Source: an uncultured Chloroflexia bacterium
GTDB taxonomy: Bacteria > Chloroflexota > Chloroflexia > QHBQ01 > JADMIH01
Assembly: GCA_963797095.1 (NCBI GenBank)
Contig: CAWCNY010000006.1
Location: 800,001-864,000, forward strand
Direction: 5' to 3'
DNA length: 64,000 nt
The notes under the pieces: model-generated
Databases searched by the model: none
The model's input: only the letters and a program-made list of their open reading frames with translations
What the model was told of the DNA's origin: nothing
Shown here: one piece after another, positions 50,872 through 60,015 of the stretch
Position numbering within the stretch: the stretch's first letter is position 1
Layout of the letters: the number at the start of each line of letters is the position of its first letter
Program-made: the position numbers and the translations under genes

Positions 50872-53256
50872 AGAATATCATCGCTGTACTTTTGCAAGTG
50901 ACTCTGCCCTATCCCTTTCACCGCAAGTAACTCTTCTTCGTTTCGAGGCCGGGCGCGGGCAATTCCCCACAACGTCTTGTCGTGCATGATCACGAATGGC
51001 GCGACGTTCAGCCTGTTAGCCGCTACCTTGCGCCAGGCGCGTAGACGCTCGAATAGGTCGGTCTCTTCCTGGGTGGGTGGTGCTTCTTCCACCTGGGCTT
51101 CCTGGATTAATGTGCGCGTATAAGGTCGCGCGTCGCCGCGTTCCCATCGTGGTTCTGGACGGGTTTCGCGTTCTTCCTGTTTGGGTTTAGGCTCCTTCTT
51201 CGGTTTGACCGTTATCGCACCTGCGGGCACCCCATCCTCTGCCTTTGCGGTGGCCCTGAGCAAGATGTATCCCTCCTCGGTCTTGACCGTCTCGATGTAG
51301 TTCTGCTCGACCAGGCTGTCGATAGCGGCCTCAAGTGAGCTTTTGACGGCCCCAGCCATTGTCCCGAAATGGCGCACCCGTCCGGAAGTGACGTTGCTGG
51401 CCGCCGATCCCATGAGCGCCTTCACGATACTCGGTTTGCCCGGCCTAAACGGGAAACTGGTCAGGCATTCCAGGATCGTCTGCCCGACGTTACCCGGTAG
51501 CTCTTGGGCCTCCACCTTTTTCTCCTGCACCGCCCTATTTGATCTGGGCGCGCAGTGGTCGCAACTTGTCCCACAGTTCTCTATCCCTTCGCCCAGGTGG
51601 GCCGCCAGCATCCTGTGCCTGCACCTGTTAGCGGTCGCATATTCGATCATCTGGTCGATCTGACGATTCTGGGCCTCATCCCTGCGAGCCAGCAGGTCGT
51701 TTATAGCTTGCGCCACGTCCCGGGGAGGCAACAGCCGTTCAATAACAGGTTCGCGCCTGCTCCCTTTCATGGTGAGTAGGCCGCGCTCCTGCCACAATAG
51801 CAGATTGCGCTCCAATTCATCAGGTGTGCTCCCCAATTCTAAGCTCACAGGCCCGACATCGACAGCCGATTGCCTTCCTGCCGGCAAATATGCCACTTTC
51901 CGAAAGCGCATGAAATCCGCATCACGCTCCCTGGCCCCGGCTTCTGTCAATCCGATCCACACCTGGCGCGGCGCGTCGAAGTGCCTGGCAATCAACTCCA
52001 CCTTTTCGAGCAAACTGATCGCTACGCGCACGGCGGTGCCGTCCATTTGCTTGCTGAACGTTGATTTCGATTGTCTCTCCAGCTCATCCAGATTGACGTA
52101 ACTTGTCTGGCCTGCGCGTATGTTTCCGGTGACTTTGCGGTAGATTTCGCGCAAGTCCTCCACTTTGAGCGCATCTTGCCGCTTCCAGCGAGTGAGATTT
52201 GCCCGGTCGCCTGCCGTCAGGAAAAGCATACACCTAGACGGCCTGCCATCGCGACCCGCCCGCCCCGACTCCTGCACGTAGCTTTCCAGCGAGTTCGGGC
52301 GGGCTGAAATGCACTATGAAGCGCACGTTGCTCTTGTCGATGCCCATCCCGAACGCGATAGTAGCCACGATCACCCGCACGCGATCCAGCATGAACGCTT
52401 CCTGAGTGGCCGATCGCTCGTCGGGGGACATGCCTGCGTGGTAGTGCGCCGCCTGGATACCGCTTCGTCGCAAAATGCCCGCGATCTGCTCGCACGCGTC
52501 ACGGCTTCTCGCGTACACCACTCCCGATCCGCGCTCCTCCTTGCACACCGCTATCAGCTTGCGCAGCTTGGCCTCTTTATCGGCCAAACTCTCTACCTCA
52601 TAGTACAGATTCGCGCGGAAGTTGCTGGCGGCCACCGGGCGCAGCGGCCTCCCAAGCTGTCGCGCTATCTCGTCGCGTATCTCTGGAGTGGCTGTGGCGG
52701 TGAGGGCCAGCAGAGTGGGGTCGCCTAGCATAGGAATGCACTTGCCGAGAAAAAGGTAGTCGGGCCGAAAATCGTGACCCCACATCGAGACACAATGTGC
52801 TTCGTCAACCACCAGCATCCGCACGTTGGCCCTTCTGAGCGCGTCAATGAATGGCTGTTGTCGCAATCTCTCAGGTGCGCAGTAAATCAGCTTGTACTGA
52901 CCTCTCAGTATCTCATCCATGCGCCCCGCCAGGGCATCGGCCTCAAGCGAAGAGTTAATGAACGTGGTCCGCTCGTACACGCCTGCCGGAAGCGAGTCGT
53001 ACTGGTCCTTCATGAGCGCGATCAGGGGTGAGATCACTATAGTAGTGCCCGGTAGAAGCATCGCAGGCAACTGGTAGCAAAGCGATTTGCCCGCGCCTGT
53101 CGGCATGACCGCGATAGTGTCCACTCCTGCCATCACCTGACGGATGACCGCCTCTTGCTTCTCCTTGAAATCGGCGTAGCCGAACAGCCGCTCAAGCTCA
53201 GAACGCAGATGGTCGGCTGGGTGAGATTGGATTGATGGACGGAAGGCAGTTGACAT
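50853..53256 (-). CDS. recQ: RecQ-family ATP-dependent DNA helicase with Zn-binding, RQC and HRDC domains; apparent one-base frameshift near 52287
   Basis: PTGAGKSLCYQ, DEAHC, TATA and AFGMGIDK, then QESGRAGRDG, CR..C..CDHC and HRDC in the next frame. Removing one C restores FSPPNSLESYVQE. Confidence 0.88.
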
Positions 53257-53278
53257 GATTGAAAATGGCGGTGGAATT

Positions 53279-53307
53279 TGTAAGGGCGGGTTCCAAGCCC
53301 GCCCCTA
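53279..53307. repeat. GTAG-type REP-like hairpin
   Basis: tgtaagggcggg-ttccaag-cccgccccta. Confidence 0.45.
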
Positions 53308-53353
53308 TATCACATGGTCAATTCTACCACAGAGCATCTCTGGTAAATGGGCC

Positions 53354-54817
53354 TTACCCATCCACCATCCCGCCCTCACCCTTCTTTACAACTGCTGCTG
53401 TGGCACTGGCTATGGAGTCGTAACCGAATCGCTTCCTTATATCATCGATACTGCTGTTCAATTTCCTGTCGCGCTCAACGCGCGGCTCTACTATTGGCTG
53501 CTGACCTACATCTACCTTCGTCTCGGTGCGCACATTTGAATCTTCATCAATCTGACCAATACGAAACTGTCCTACCAGGTCGGCGGTGTGCAATAGGTTG
53601 GCGGTCCCGATGCCGATCAACCGCACAACCTCGCTACCGTTCCTCAAGCCGGTTGCTCGATGCGCTATTTCGAGCAGATGGCAGGCGGTCTCGCTTATTA
53701 TGCCCGCCGAGTCGATAGGCATGGGCAGGGTAGTACGCCGCGTGATCAATCTCCCGTACCCTTCGTCACCGCCGCCTTCACTTCTCGACCTCCTCCGCGA
53801 CGGCAATAGCCGCAGCTTGAGGATGACCACCCGTGCGCACATATCTTCGTTGCGCAGTGACCAGGCTAGATGGTCTGACAGAGTAACCAGCATGTTCTTC
53901 AGAGTGACCAGATCGGCTGTATCGTCGGGCATGGTGGTCTCCCGGCTGATCGACTTGGGATCGCCCGGTAGCTCAACCCGTCTGTGATCTATACCCAGCG
54001 CATGGTTCAACAGCGAATCCGCGTTGTCTCCACCCACATAGAACGCCAGCACTGCCCGGTTGGCCCGCGCGAGTTGCCCGACTGTGTGTATGCCCAGGCC
54101 ATCCAACATCGCTTCGGTGCGCTGTCCGACACCCTGCAAAGCCCTCACAGGCAGAGGCGCGAGGGTTGATGCTTCTTCCCCTGGCCTGACGATCACCAGT
54201 CCATCCGGCTTCTGTAGATCCGAGGCCACCTTCGCCACTAGCTTGTTCTGCGCTATACCAACCGAGGCGGTAAGGCCGGTCTCCGCGCGAATGCGCTCCT
54301 TCAGCTGCACCCCTATCTCATGGATCGGCCCGCCCGACAATTCGGCCCCTGTCATATCGAGATAGGCTTCATCGAGGGAAACAGGCTCTATGGTGGGGCT
54401 GAAATCGGACCAGATAGCGCGCAGGCGTTCGGCAACCTCCCTGTAGCGGTCGAACCTGCCCGGCAGCACCACGGCATCGGGGCAAAGCGCCAGCGCCCTC
54501 GCGAGCGGCATCGCCGAGCGTACGGAGAAAGCCCGCGCCTCATATGATGCAGACGCCACTACGCCCCTTACACCCTTGATATACTCCGGCATACGGGGCT
54601 GCCTTCGTAGTTCCTGCGCTAACTCGCGCAGGCGCTCCATTGTCATTGGCGAGTTGACGACAACCACCGGCTTGCCTCGCAACTCCGGGTTGTCGTGCTG
54701 CTCCACAGACGCGAAAAAGGCGTCCATGTCTACATGGAACACCCATCTTCGCGCCCCTTCCGGCCCCTGCGCGTGAGTCCACAACTCGCCCTGCCTGAAC
54801 TCGTTTCCGCCCATCAT
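53354..54817 (-). CDS. dinB: DNA polymerase IV
   Basis: HVDMDAFFASVE, RGVVASASYEAR, SLDEAYLD and AKVASD.QKPDG motifs. Confidence 0.95.
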   Translation of the reverse strand: MMGGNEFRQGELWTHAQGPEGARRWVFHVDMDAFFASVEQHDNPELRGKPVVVVNSPMTMERLRELAQELRRQPRMPEYIKGVRGVVASASYEARAFSVRSAMPLARALALCPDAVVLPGRFDRYREVAERLRAIWSDFSPTIEPVSLDEAYLDMTGAELSGGPIHEIGVQLKERIRAETGLTASVGIAQNKLVAKVASDLQKPDGLVIVRPGEEASTLAPLPVRALQGVGQRTEAMLDGLGIHTVGQLARANRAVLAFYVGGDNADSLLNHALGIDHRRVELPGDPKSISRETTMPDDTADLVTLKNMLVTLSDHLAWSLRNEDMCARVVILKLRLLPSRRRSRSEGGGDEGYGRLITRRTTLPMPIDSAGIISETACHLLEIAHRATGLRNGSEVVRLIGIGTANLLHTADLVGQFRIGQIDEDSNVRTETKVDVGQQPIVEPRVERDRKLNSSIDDIRKRFGYDSIASATAAVVKKGEGGMVDG

Positions 54818-54834
54818 AAGCCGAGCATAGCACA

Positions 54835-54846
54835 GAACGTTTGTTC
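54835..54846. promoter_or_regulatory. LexA (SOS) box upstream of dinB
   Basis: Perfect GAAC-GTTT-GTTC, 18 bp upstream of the dinB start. Confidence 0.8.
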
Positions 54847-54862
54847 AGTCAATCGCTTCCAC

Positions 54863-55996
54863 TTACCTCACTGTGATAATCCCACGATCGGCATTATTCA
54901 TCCTGACGGCTTTGCCATCCACCAGCGCCACAATATCCTCTATACGCACGCCAAAGCGACCTGGAATATAGATTCCCGGCTCGATGCTGAACACCATCCC
55001 ATCCTCCAAGTTGACCGTATTGCCCTGCACAAGATAGGGCGGTTCGTGCCCATCCAGGCCGAGGCCATGCCCAAGCCGATGCGTGAAATACTTACCATAC
55101 CCTGCCTGGCTGATGATGTCGCGGGCAATCGAGTCCAGAGCCTGGCACTCCATACCCACCCTGGCCTGCTGCACGCCCGCTTCCTGCGCTTGCGCCACGG
55201 TCGAATAAACCCTGCCCTCTTCCGAGTCTGGTGCCGGCGCTTGCCCTGCAAAGACGGTGCGTGTGCAATCACACCCGTAGTCCTCAAATGTGCCCCAGAA
55301 GTCAAGCACTATCGCATCGCCGGCCTGAACTATGCGCTGACCGGAGTGGTGGTGAGGAGATGCGCTGTTAGGGCCGGAGCCTACAAGCGGCGTATCGCCC
55401 ACCTTTAATCCCTGCGCTTCCAGCAGCCCTGCAAACTCGCGGGCGATTTCGACCTCGCGCCGCCCGATGAACGGCTTTGTCACCAACTCCGCGAATGCGG
55501 CATCTGAGCGTGTCCCCGCCTGGCTCACAAGGGAGATCTCGTCAGCCGATTTGATCTGTCGCGCACCTGATAGCACTGTCGTCGCGGGTGTGAAGCCTGC
55601 ACGTGGTAATTCTGCTTGCAAGCGCATCAGGAATATGGCCCACAGGCGCTCTGAGACACCAATAGTGCAGTTGGCCCCGCCCGGCTTACTATGAAGTCCC
55701 TCTCCGATAAGGCTAGCAACTAAGTTCGCGGGATTGTCGGTCTCCTCCCAGGTGCGCACTTGTATGCCCGACGGCACCTCAGGCAGTGATGGTGCCTCGA
55801 AGGCTGGTAAAACGAAATATAGGGGCCCGACCTGTGGCACGACGACTATCGCCAGCCTCTCACTCGGTCTCATATGAGCCCCCGTCAGATAAATCATGTC
55901 TGCTGATGGTCCCACCAGCAAATAATCGAGGCCGTTGGCGTGCATCAGCGCACGAACACGAGCCAACCGCGCCTCATAAGCGGTTGTGTTCACCAT
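54863..55996 (-). CDS. Xaa-Pro peptidase (M24 family)
   Basis: SPHH, LDF..Y.CDCTRT, HRLGHGLGLDGHE, SIEPGIY and GVRIED motifs; AAGGAGG RBS. Confidence 0.92.
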   Translation of the reverse strand: MVNTTAYEARLARVRALMHANGLDYLLVGPSADMIYLTGAHMRPSERLAIVVVPQVGPLYFVLPAFEAPSLPEVPSGIQVRTWEETDNPANLVASLIGEGLHSKPGGANCTIGVSERLWAIFLMRLQAELPRAGFTPATTVLSGARQIKSADEISLVSQAGTRSDAAFAELVTKPFIGRREVEIAREFAGLLEAQGLKVGDTPLVGSGPNSASPHHHSGQRIVQAGDAIVLDFWGTFEDYGCDCTRTVFAGQAPAPDSEEGRVYSTVAQAQEAGVQQARVGMECQALDSIARDIISQAGYGKYFTHRLGHGLGLDGHEPPYLVQGNTVNLEDGMVFSIEPGIYIPGRFGVRIEDIVALVDGKAVRMNNADRGIITVR

Positions 55997-56050
55997 CTCC
56001 TCCTTTATCATAACCACGAAACACAAAACACAAGATCAAGAAGCAGCCCC

Positions 56051-56099
56051 TCGTCACTCGTCACTCGTCACTCGTCACTCGTCACTCGTCACTCGTCAC
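56051..56099. repeat. Heptamer tandem repeat (TCGTCAC)7
   Basis: Seven exact copies; shorter arrays of the same unit occur near 40036-40049 and 50041-50055. Confidence 0.9.
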
Positions 56100-56122
56100 C
56101 TATCGTCTTCCGTCCTCACGCT

Positions 56123-57439
56123 TCACGTCCCTGCCGACTCCATTCGCGTCTCGGTCTCGCCACCTTTTTCATAGGCGACTACCAGTTCTCCTTCGTCTTC
56201 GCGGGTTTGCTCGGCGTTTTCGGTCGTTTCTTCGAACTTGCGCTCACTTTCGCGGGCTGCCTTCACGTCCGCCAGGATCACCTGGAGAGTACCTGCAAGC
56301 GGCACTGCCACCAGCGCGCCCGCCAGCCCTGCCAGGGTCGCCCCAAGCAGTATGCTTATTATAACAGTCAGGGGGCTTATGCCAACGGAATTCTTCATCA
56401 CACGCGGGATCAATACGTTGCCTTCCACCGTCTGGAGAACCACGGCGAACACCACCACCAGCAATACCCGTAGCAGAGGATTGATAGGCCCCATACCCAG
56501 GAGACCGGGCAATCCGTCGTTATCGCTCTGAGTGAGGGCCACGAGCACCGCCGGGGCTGTGCCGATATATGGCCCCACAAGTGGGATTGCTTCGGCCAGT
56601 CCAATGAAGAGGGCAAGAGCAGGCCAGAATCTGACGCCAAGCACAAAGTAGCCAACGGCGCTGGCAAGCCCCACGATCAACATCAGTGTGATCTGACCGC
56701 GTACCCAGCCGCCCACTTTGACTTCAATGTCGTCCCACACCCTGCGCACTCGGTTGGCCCGCTTTGCAGGCAACCACGACATCAAGCTTCTCTTGATCAG
56801 TGTGCGCTCGCTCAGCCAGTAGAAGGCGACCACGAAGATCGTTACTACAGCAAAGAAGATCTCGGCGACGGTCACAGCAGTACCTGTTACTGCTTCTACT
56901 TTATCTTGTTCACTCTGCGGCGTATTGCCGACCTGGCCCACGAAACCGTCCGCCACATCCAGAATGATTGTAGCCTGGTCGTGCAAGAAACGGTTATCTA
57001 TATCTTGCACGCTCTCGCGCATCTCGATAACGCTACGGCCAAGCCCGGTCTTGAAATCACCCAATTGAGTGAAAAAGACGGACACCATGATGTAGGCGAT
57101 GATGCCCAGCACGACGAAGAGCGCGCTGTAGACGACCAATATGCCTGCGCTTCGGCTGAATGGGCCTCGCCTCAGCCGGTTGACTAACGGCTCGATAGCC
57201 GTAGCTACTAAGAGTGCGATGAATAGCAGCAACAGTACAGCCAGCGACCGATAGATAGCGAAGGCCAGCACAAGCACCCCAAGCACCGCTGCTGCCCCTA
57301 ATGCCACCCTGCCCATTGGCGTTCCATTTGACTGGAAGCGGATATTTACGTCCTGATGCTCCGTCTTGTTCTCGATCTCAGCTTGCTCGACCTGTAGCGG
57401 CTGCGCTTTGCTGCCTGCTTCCTGGTTCACGGCCATCAA
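56123..57439 (-). CDS. AI-2E (PerM) family transporter
   Basis: WVRGQ, IPLVGPYIG, QTVEGNVLIPRVM..SV.ISP and AVPLA motifs. Confidence 0.9.
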   Translation of the reverse strand: MMAVNQEAGSKAQPLQVEQAEIENKTEHQDVNIRFQSNGTPMGRVALGAAAVLGVLVLAFAIYRSLAVLLLLFIALLVATAIEPLVNRLRRGPFSRSAGILVVYSALFVVLGIIAYIMVSVFFTQLGDFKTGLGRSVIEMRESVQDIDNRFLHDQATIILDVADGFVGQVGNTPQSEQDKVEAVTGTAVTVAEIFFAVVTIFVVAFYWLSERTLIKRSLMSWLPAKRANRVRRVWDDIEVKVGGWVRGQITLMLIVGLASAVGYFVLGVRFWPALALFIGLAEAIPLVGPYIGTAPAVLVALTQSDNDGLPGLLGMGPINPLLRVLLVVVFAVVLQTVEGNVLIPRVMKNSVGISPLTVIISILLGATLAGLAGALVAVPLAGTLQVILADVKAARESERKFEETTENAEQTREDEGELVVAYEKGGETETRMESAGT

Positions 57440-57553
57440 ATCCCCCTAACACGCAGGGTCCAACGAACGGATCGTGGAACCACGCCCGGTTCTTGTTCGA
57501 TCTATGAGCCTTACTCGGTTGAATAAATCCCTCTTGACGCCGCCCCAACGTTC

Positions 57554-58660
57554 CTAGAGAGCTATACTGTTGCGTCCTGCGTTCTTGGCTCTGTACAAAG
57601 CCGCGTCCGCCTTCGCAACCAGTGTTTCGGGATTGCGTGCTTCATCTGGGAACGATGCCATGCCAATCGACACGGTAGGCACTGGCACTACAAGCGGCGG
57701 CCCACCGGGATCGACACCATTCTGCGTGGATTGAGCAACTTTCGTGCCATTGCCTGCACCCACCAGCACAGTCACCGTGGCGAGACTTCGCATGAGACGT
57801 TCGGCGAACACTCTGCCCTGTAGCTTGGCTGTTTCCGGCAGGATGACGGCGAATTCATCACCTCCGATCCTGCATGGAACATCGCCACGCCTGCAAGTAT
57901 CGCGAATAGCGCCCGCGACAGCCTGTATCGCCATGTCACCCGCCGCATGCCCATGCGTGTCATTCACCTCCTTAAGCCTGTCCATGTCGATTATCATCAC
58001 TGTGACAGGTTCATCGGAGCGGAGCGCGCGGCGCAGCTCTTCTCCCAGGCGCTGGCCGAAATACTCTTTGTTGTATATCTGAGTCATAGGGTCGCGGATG
58101 GCCTTCTTCTCAAGGTCGCGCACCGATGCCTGGTGGAAATTCTCCACTGCGGTCAGCATCAGTTCGTCGAAAATAAGGTCGAAGGCAGGCAACGCAGTGA
58201 TCATGTTGGGGTGGGTGGCAGCTGTGCTATCCGCCAGCACCTTGCGCAATATCACCTGCCTGAGCTTGACGAATTCCAGCACAACCTCATGGAACTCATA
58301 TCCCTGAGTATGGCGAAGCTTCCCATGAGAGGCCGCGATATGGCCTGCGCGTATGAGAGGATTGGTGAGGGGAGCAGTTCCTTTGGGCCGTGTCTGCGCT
58401 AACCTTCCGTTTGCATCCAGGCTAGGTAGCCTCGGTACTGTAGGCATGGGCAAGGCAGTACCGGCTGTGTTCCGGTGGATCTCTTTGTCTACCAGCGTTT
58501 CAGCCAGGCTCGAGAGCATAGCCTTCACCCCGCTTACAATCTCGGCGGTGAGTAGTTGCTTATGTATCTCGGTCCTGTCCGAATTACGAAGTTCCTCAAC
58601 CCATTCGCGCGTAATCTCGTCAATATTCATCGCGAGCAGGTCTGCTATTCGATCTAGCAT
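57554..58660 (-). CDS. Diguanylate cyclase with an RsbRD_N-like N-terminal domain
   Basis: DPMTQIYN, IDMD.LK.VND..GH..GD, RRGD I-site and GGDEF; N-terminal HG.LR..QGY...EV..EF..LR. Confidence 0.9.
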   Translation of the reverse strand: MLDRIADLLAMNIDEITREWVEELRNSDRTEIHKQLLTAEIVSGVKAMLSSLAETLVDKEIHRNTAGTALPMPTVPRLPSLDANGRLAQTRPKGTAPLTNPLIRAGHIAASHGKLRHTQGYEFHEVVLEFVKLRQVILRKVLADSTAATHPNMITALPAFDLIFDELMLTAVENFHQASVRDLEKKAIRDPMTQIYNKEYFGQRLGEELRRALRSDEPVTVMIIDMDRLKEVNDTHGHAAGDMAIQAVAGAIRDTCRRGDVPCRIGGDEFAVILPETAKLQGRVFAERLMRSLATVTVLVGAGNGTKVAQSTQNGVDPGGPPLVVPVPTVSIGMASFPDEARNPETLVAKADAALYRAKNAGRNSIAL

Positions 58661-58853
58661 TTACCTACTCCTCTCTAGGGGCCAGGCGTGGGAGGTGGCC
58701 GCCCGTGGAGAACATTTCAAAAAGCATACACCGGCAGGCGGGGCTACGTTTTTCAAATGGACGAGTCCTGCTATATTAAAGACGTTCAGAGAAGCTTGAA
58801 CGATGCAATATTCGTTGTAGTTAAAGCCAAATTTAGGAGAAAAGTACCATCCT

Positions 58854-59837
58854 ATGAACGGTGAAAACCCTGCTCTGACCGCTGTCCCCCTTCCCGACTG
58901 CGTCTCACAAACCACCCGTGGAATCGTGCTGGTGTTATTGTCGGCGGTCTCCTTCGGCTTGATGCCGATCTTCGCCAAGCTCGCTTACGCCGGGATGGAT
59001 TTCCCCCAGGAGCAGCGGGTGAAGACCGTCCTTGCCGTTCGCTTCGCCGTGGCGGCCATCTGCATGTGGACAATCTGGCTTATCGAACGGAAACGCTCTG
59101 CCCGACAATCCGCGCCATCCTCACACATTACCCCGGTGAAGATTCTGCCACTGGTAGCTATGGGTGCGCTTGGTTATGTTGGCCAATCATTTTCATATTT
59201 CACCGCCCTTGGCAGCATCTCCGCCTCGGCTACCGGCCTCCTTCTCTACACCTATCCGATCCTTGTTACCATCCTTGCCTGGCTGCTCCTTCGTGAGCAC
59301 CTCGACAGTCGTAAGCTCATAGCTTTGGGCGTTGCCATGGTCGGCGCGCTGATGGTGTTGGGCAGCTTTTCCTCTCTCATGGGAGGTACCGGGCTTGGCA
59401 CGCTCAACCCCGTTGGCGTGGCCTGGGGTCTAGCAGCCGCAGGTATTTATTCAGTATATATTATCGCAGGTGCGCGCTTCACGCCTGGCATCTCCCCAAT
59501 CTTCGCCAGCGCCGTGATCATAACCTCCGCGGCAGTTGTCTACGCCGTTTGGGGCTTACTGGCAGGTGACTTGCACTTCGATTTCAAATGGGAGTCATGG
59601 GTGTGGACGATCTCAATAGCGCTCATTTGTACCGTCTTCGCAATTATCACATTCTTTGCGGGCCTATCCAGAATCGGGCCATCCAGGGCAGCTATCATAA
59701 GCACTCTCGAACCTGCGGTAACTGTAGCCCTGGCAGGACTTGTCCTGTATGAGAACATTGCGTCTGAACAACTCATCGGCGGCGCACTCATTTTGGCGTC
59801 CGTGGTGCTACTTCAAGTTCGCCGCGCAGAACCTTGA
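58854..59837 (+). CDS. EamA/DMT family transporter
   Basis: About ten TM helices; LLYTYP and STLEP motifs. Confidence 0.9.
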   Translation: MNGENPALTAVPLPDCVSQTTRGIVLVLLSAVSFGLMPIFAKLAYAGMDFPQEQRVKTVLAVRFAVAAICMWTIWLIERKRSARQSAPSSHITPVKILPLVAMGALGYVGQSFSYFTALGSISASATGLLLYTYPILVTILAWLLLREHLDSRKLIALGVAMVGALMVLGSFSSLMGGTGLGTLNPVGVAWGLAAAGIYSVYIIAGARFTPGISPIFASAVIITSAAVVYAVWGLLAGDLHFDFKWESWVWTISIALICTVFAIITFFAGLSRIGPSRAAIISTLEPAVTVALAGLVLYENIASEQLIGGALILASVVLLQVRRAEP

Positions 59838-59885
59838 CAAATATATGAACAAACTATTGACAAAGCCTGAGAACTATGCTATATT
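59830..59885 (+). promoter_or_regulatory. Sigma70 promoter overlapped by CarH/LitR-like TnnACA direct repeats
   Basis: TTGACA 59834, TGAACA 59846 and TTGACA 59857 (-35), then a 17-bp spacer and TGcTATATT (-10 at 59880-59885). Confidence 0.65.
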
Positions 59886-60015
59886 GTCCTCACGGAGATC
59901 GAGGTCGTGATCCTCGCCCTCCACCAAAATCACGACCTTGATCAAACCGCCTTACTACCGGCAAGAGATACGCTAAGCCAAACTATCAACAGTAATTTAC
60001 TGGACGGAATCTCAC

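Noticed and set aside
52280-52300. Programmed ribosomal frameshift in recQ or the IS701-like transposase
   Set aside because: No slippery X-XXY-YYZ site, and the breaks fall inside conserved domains; an indel is the simpler explanation.
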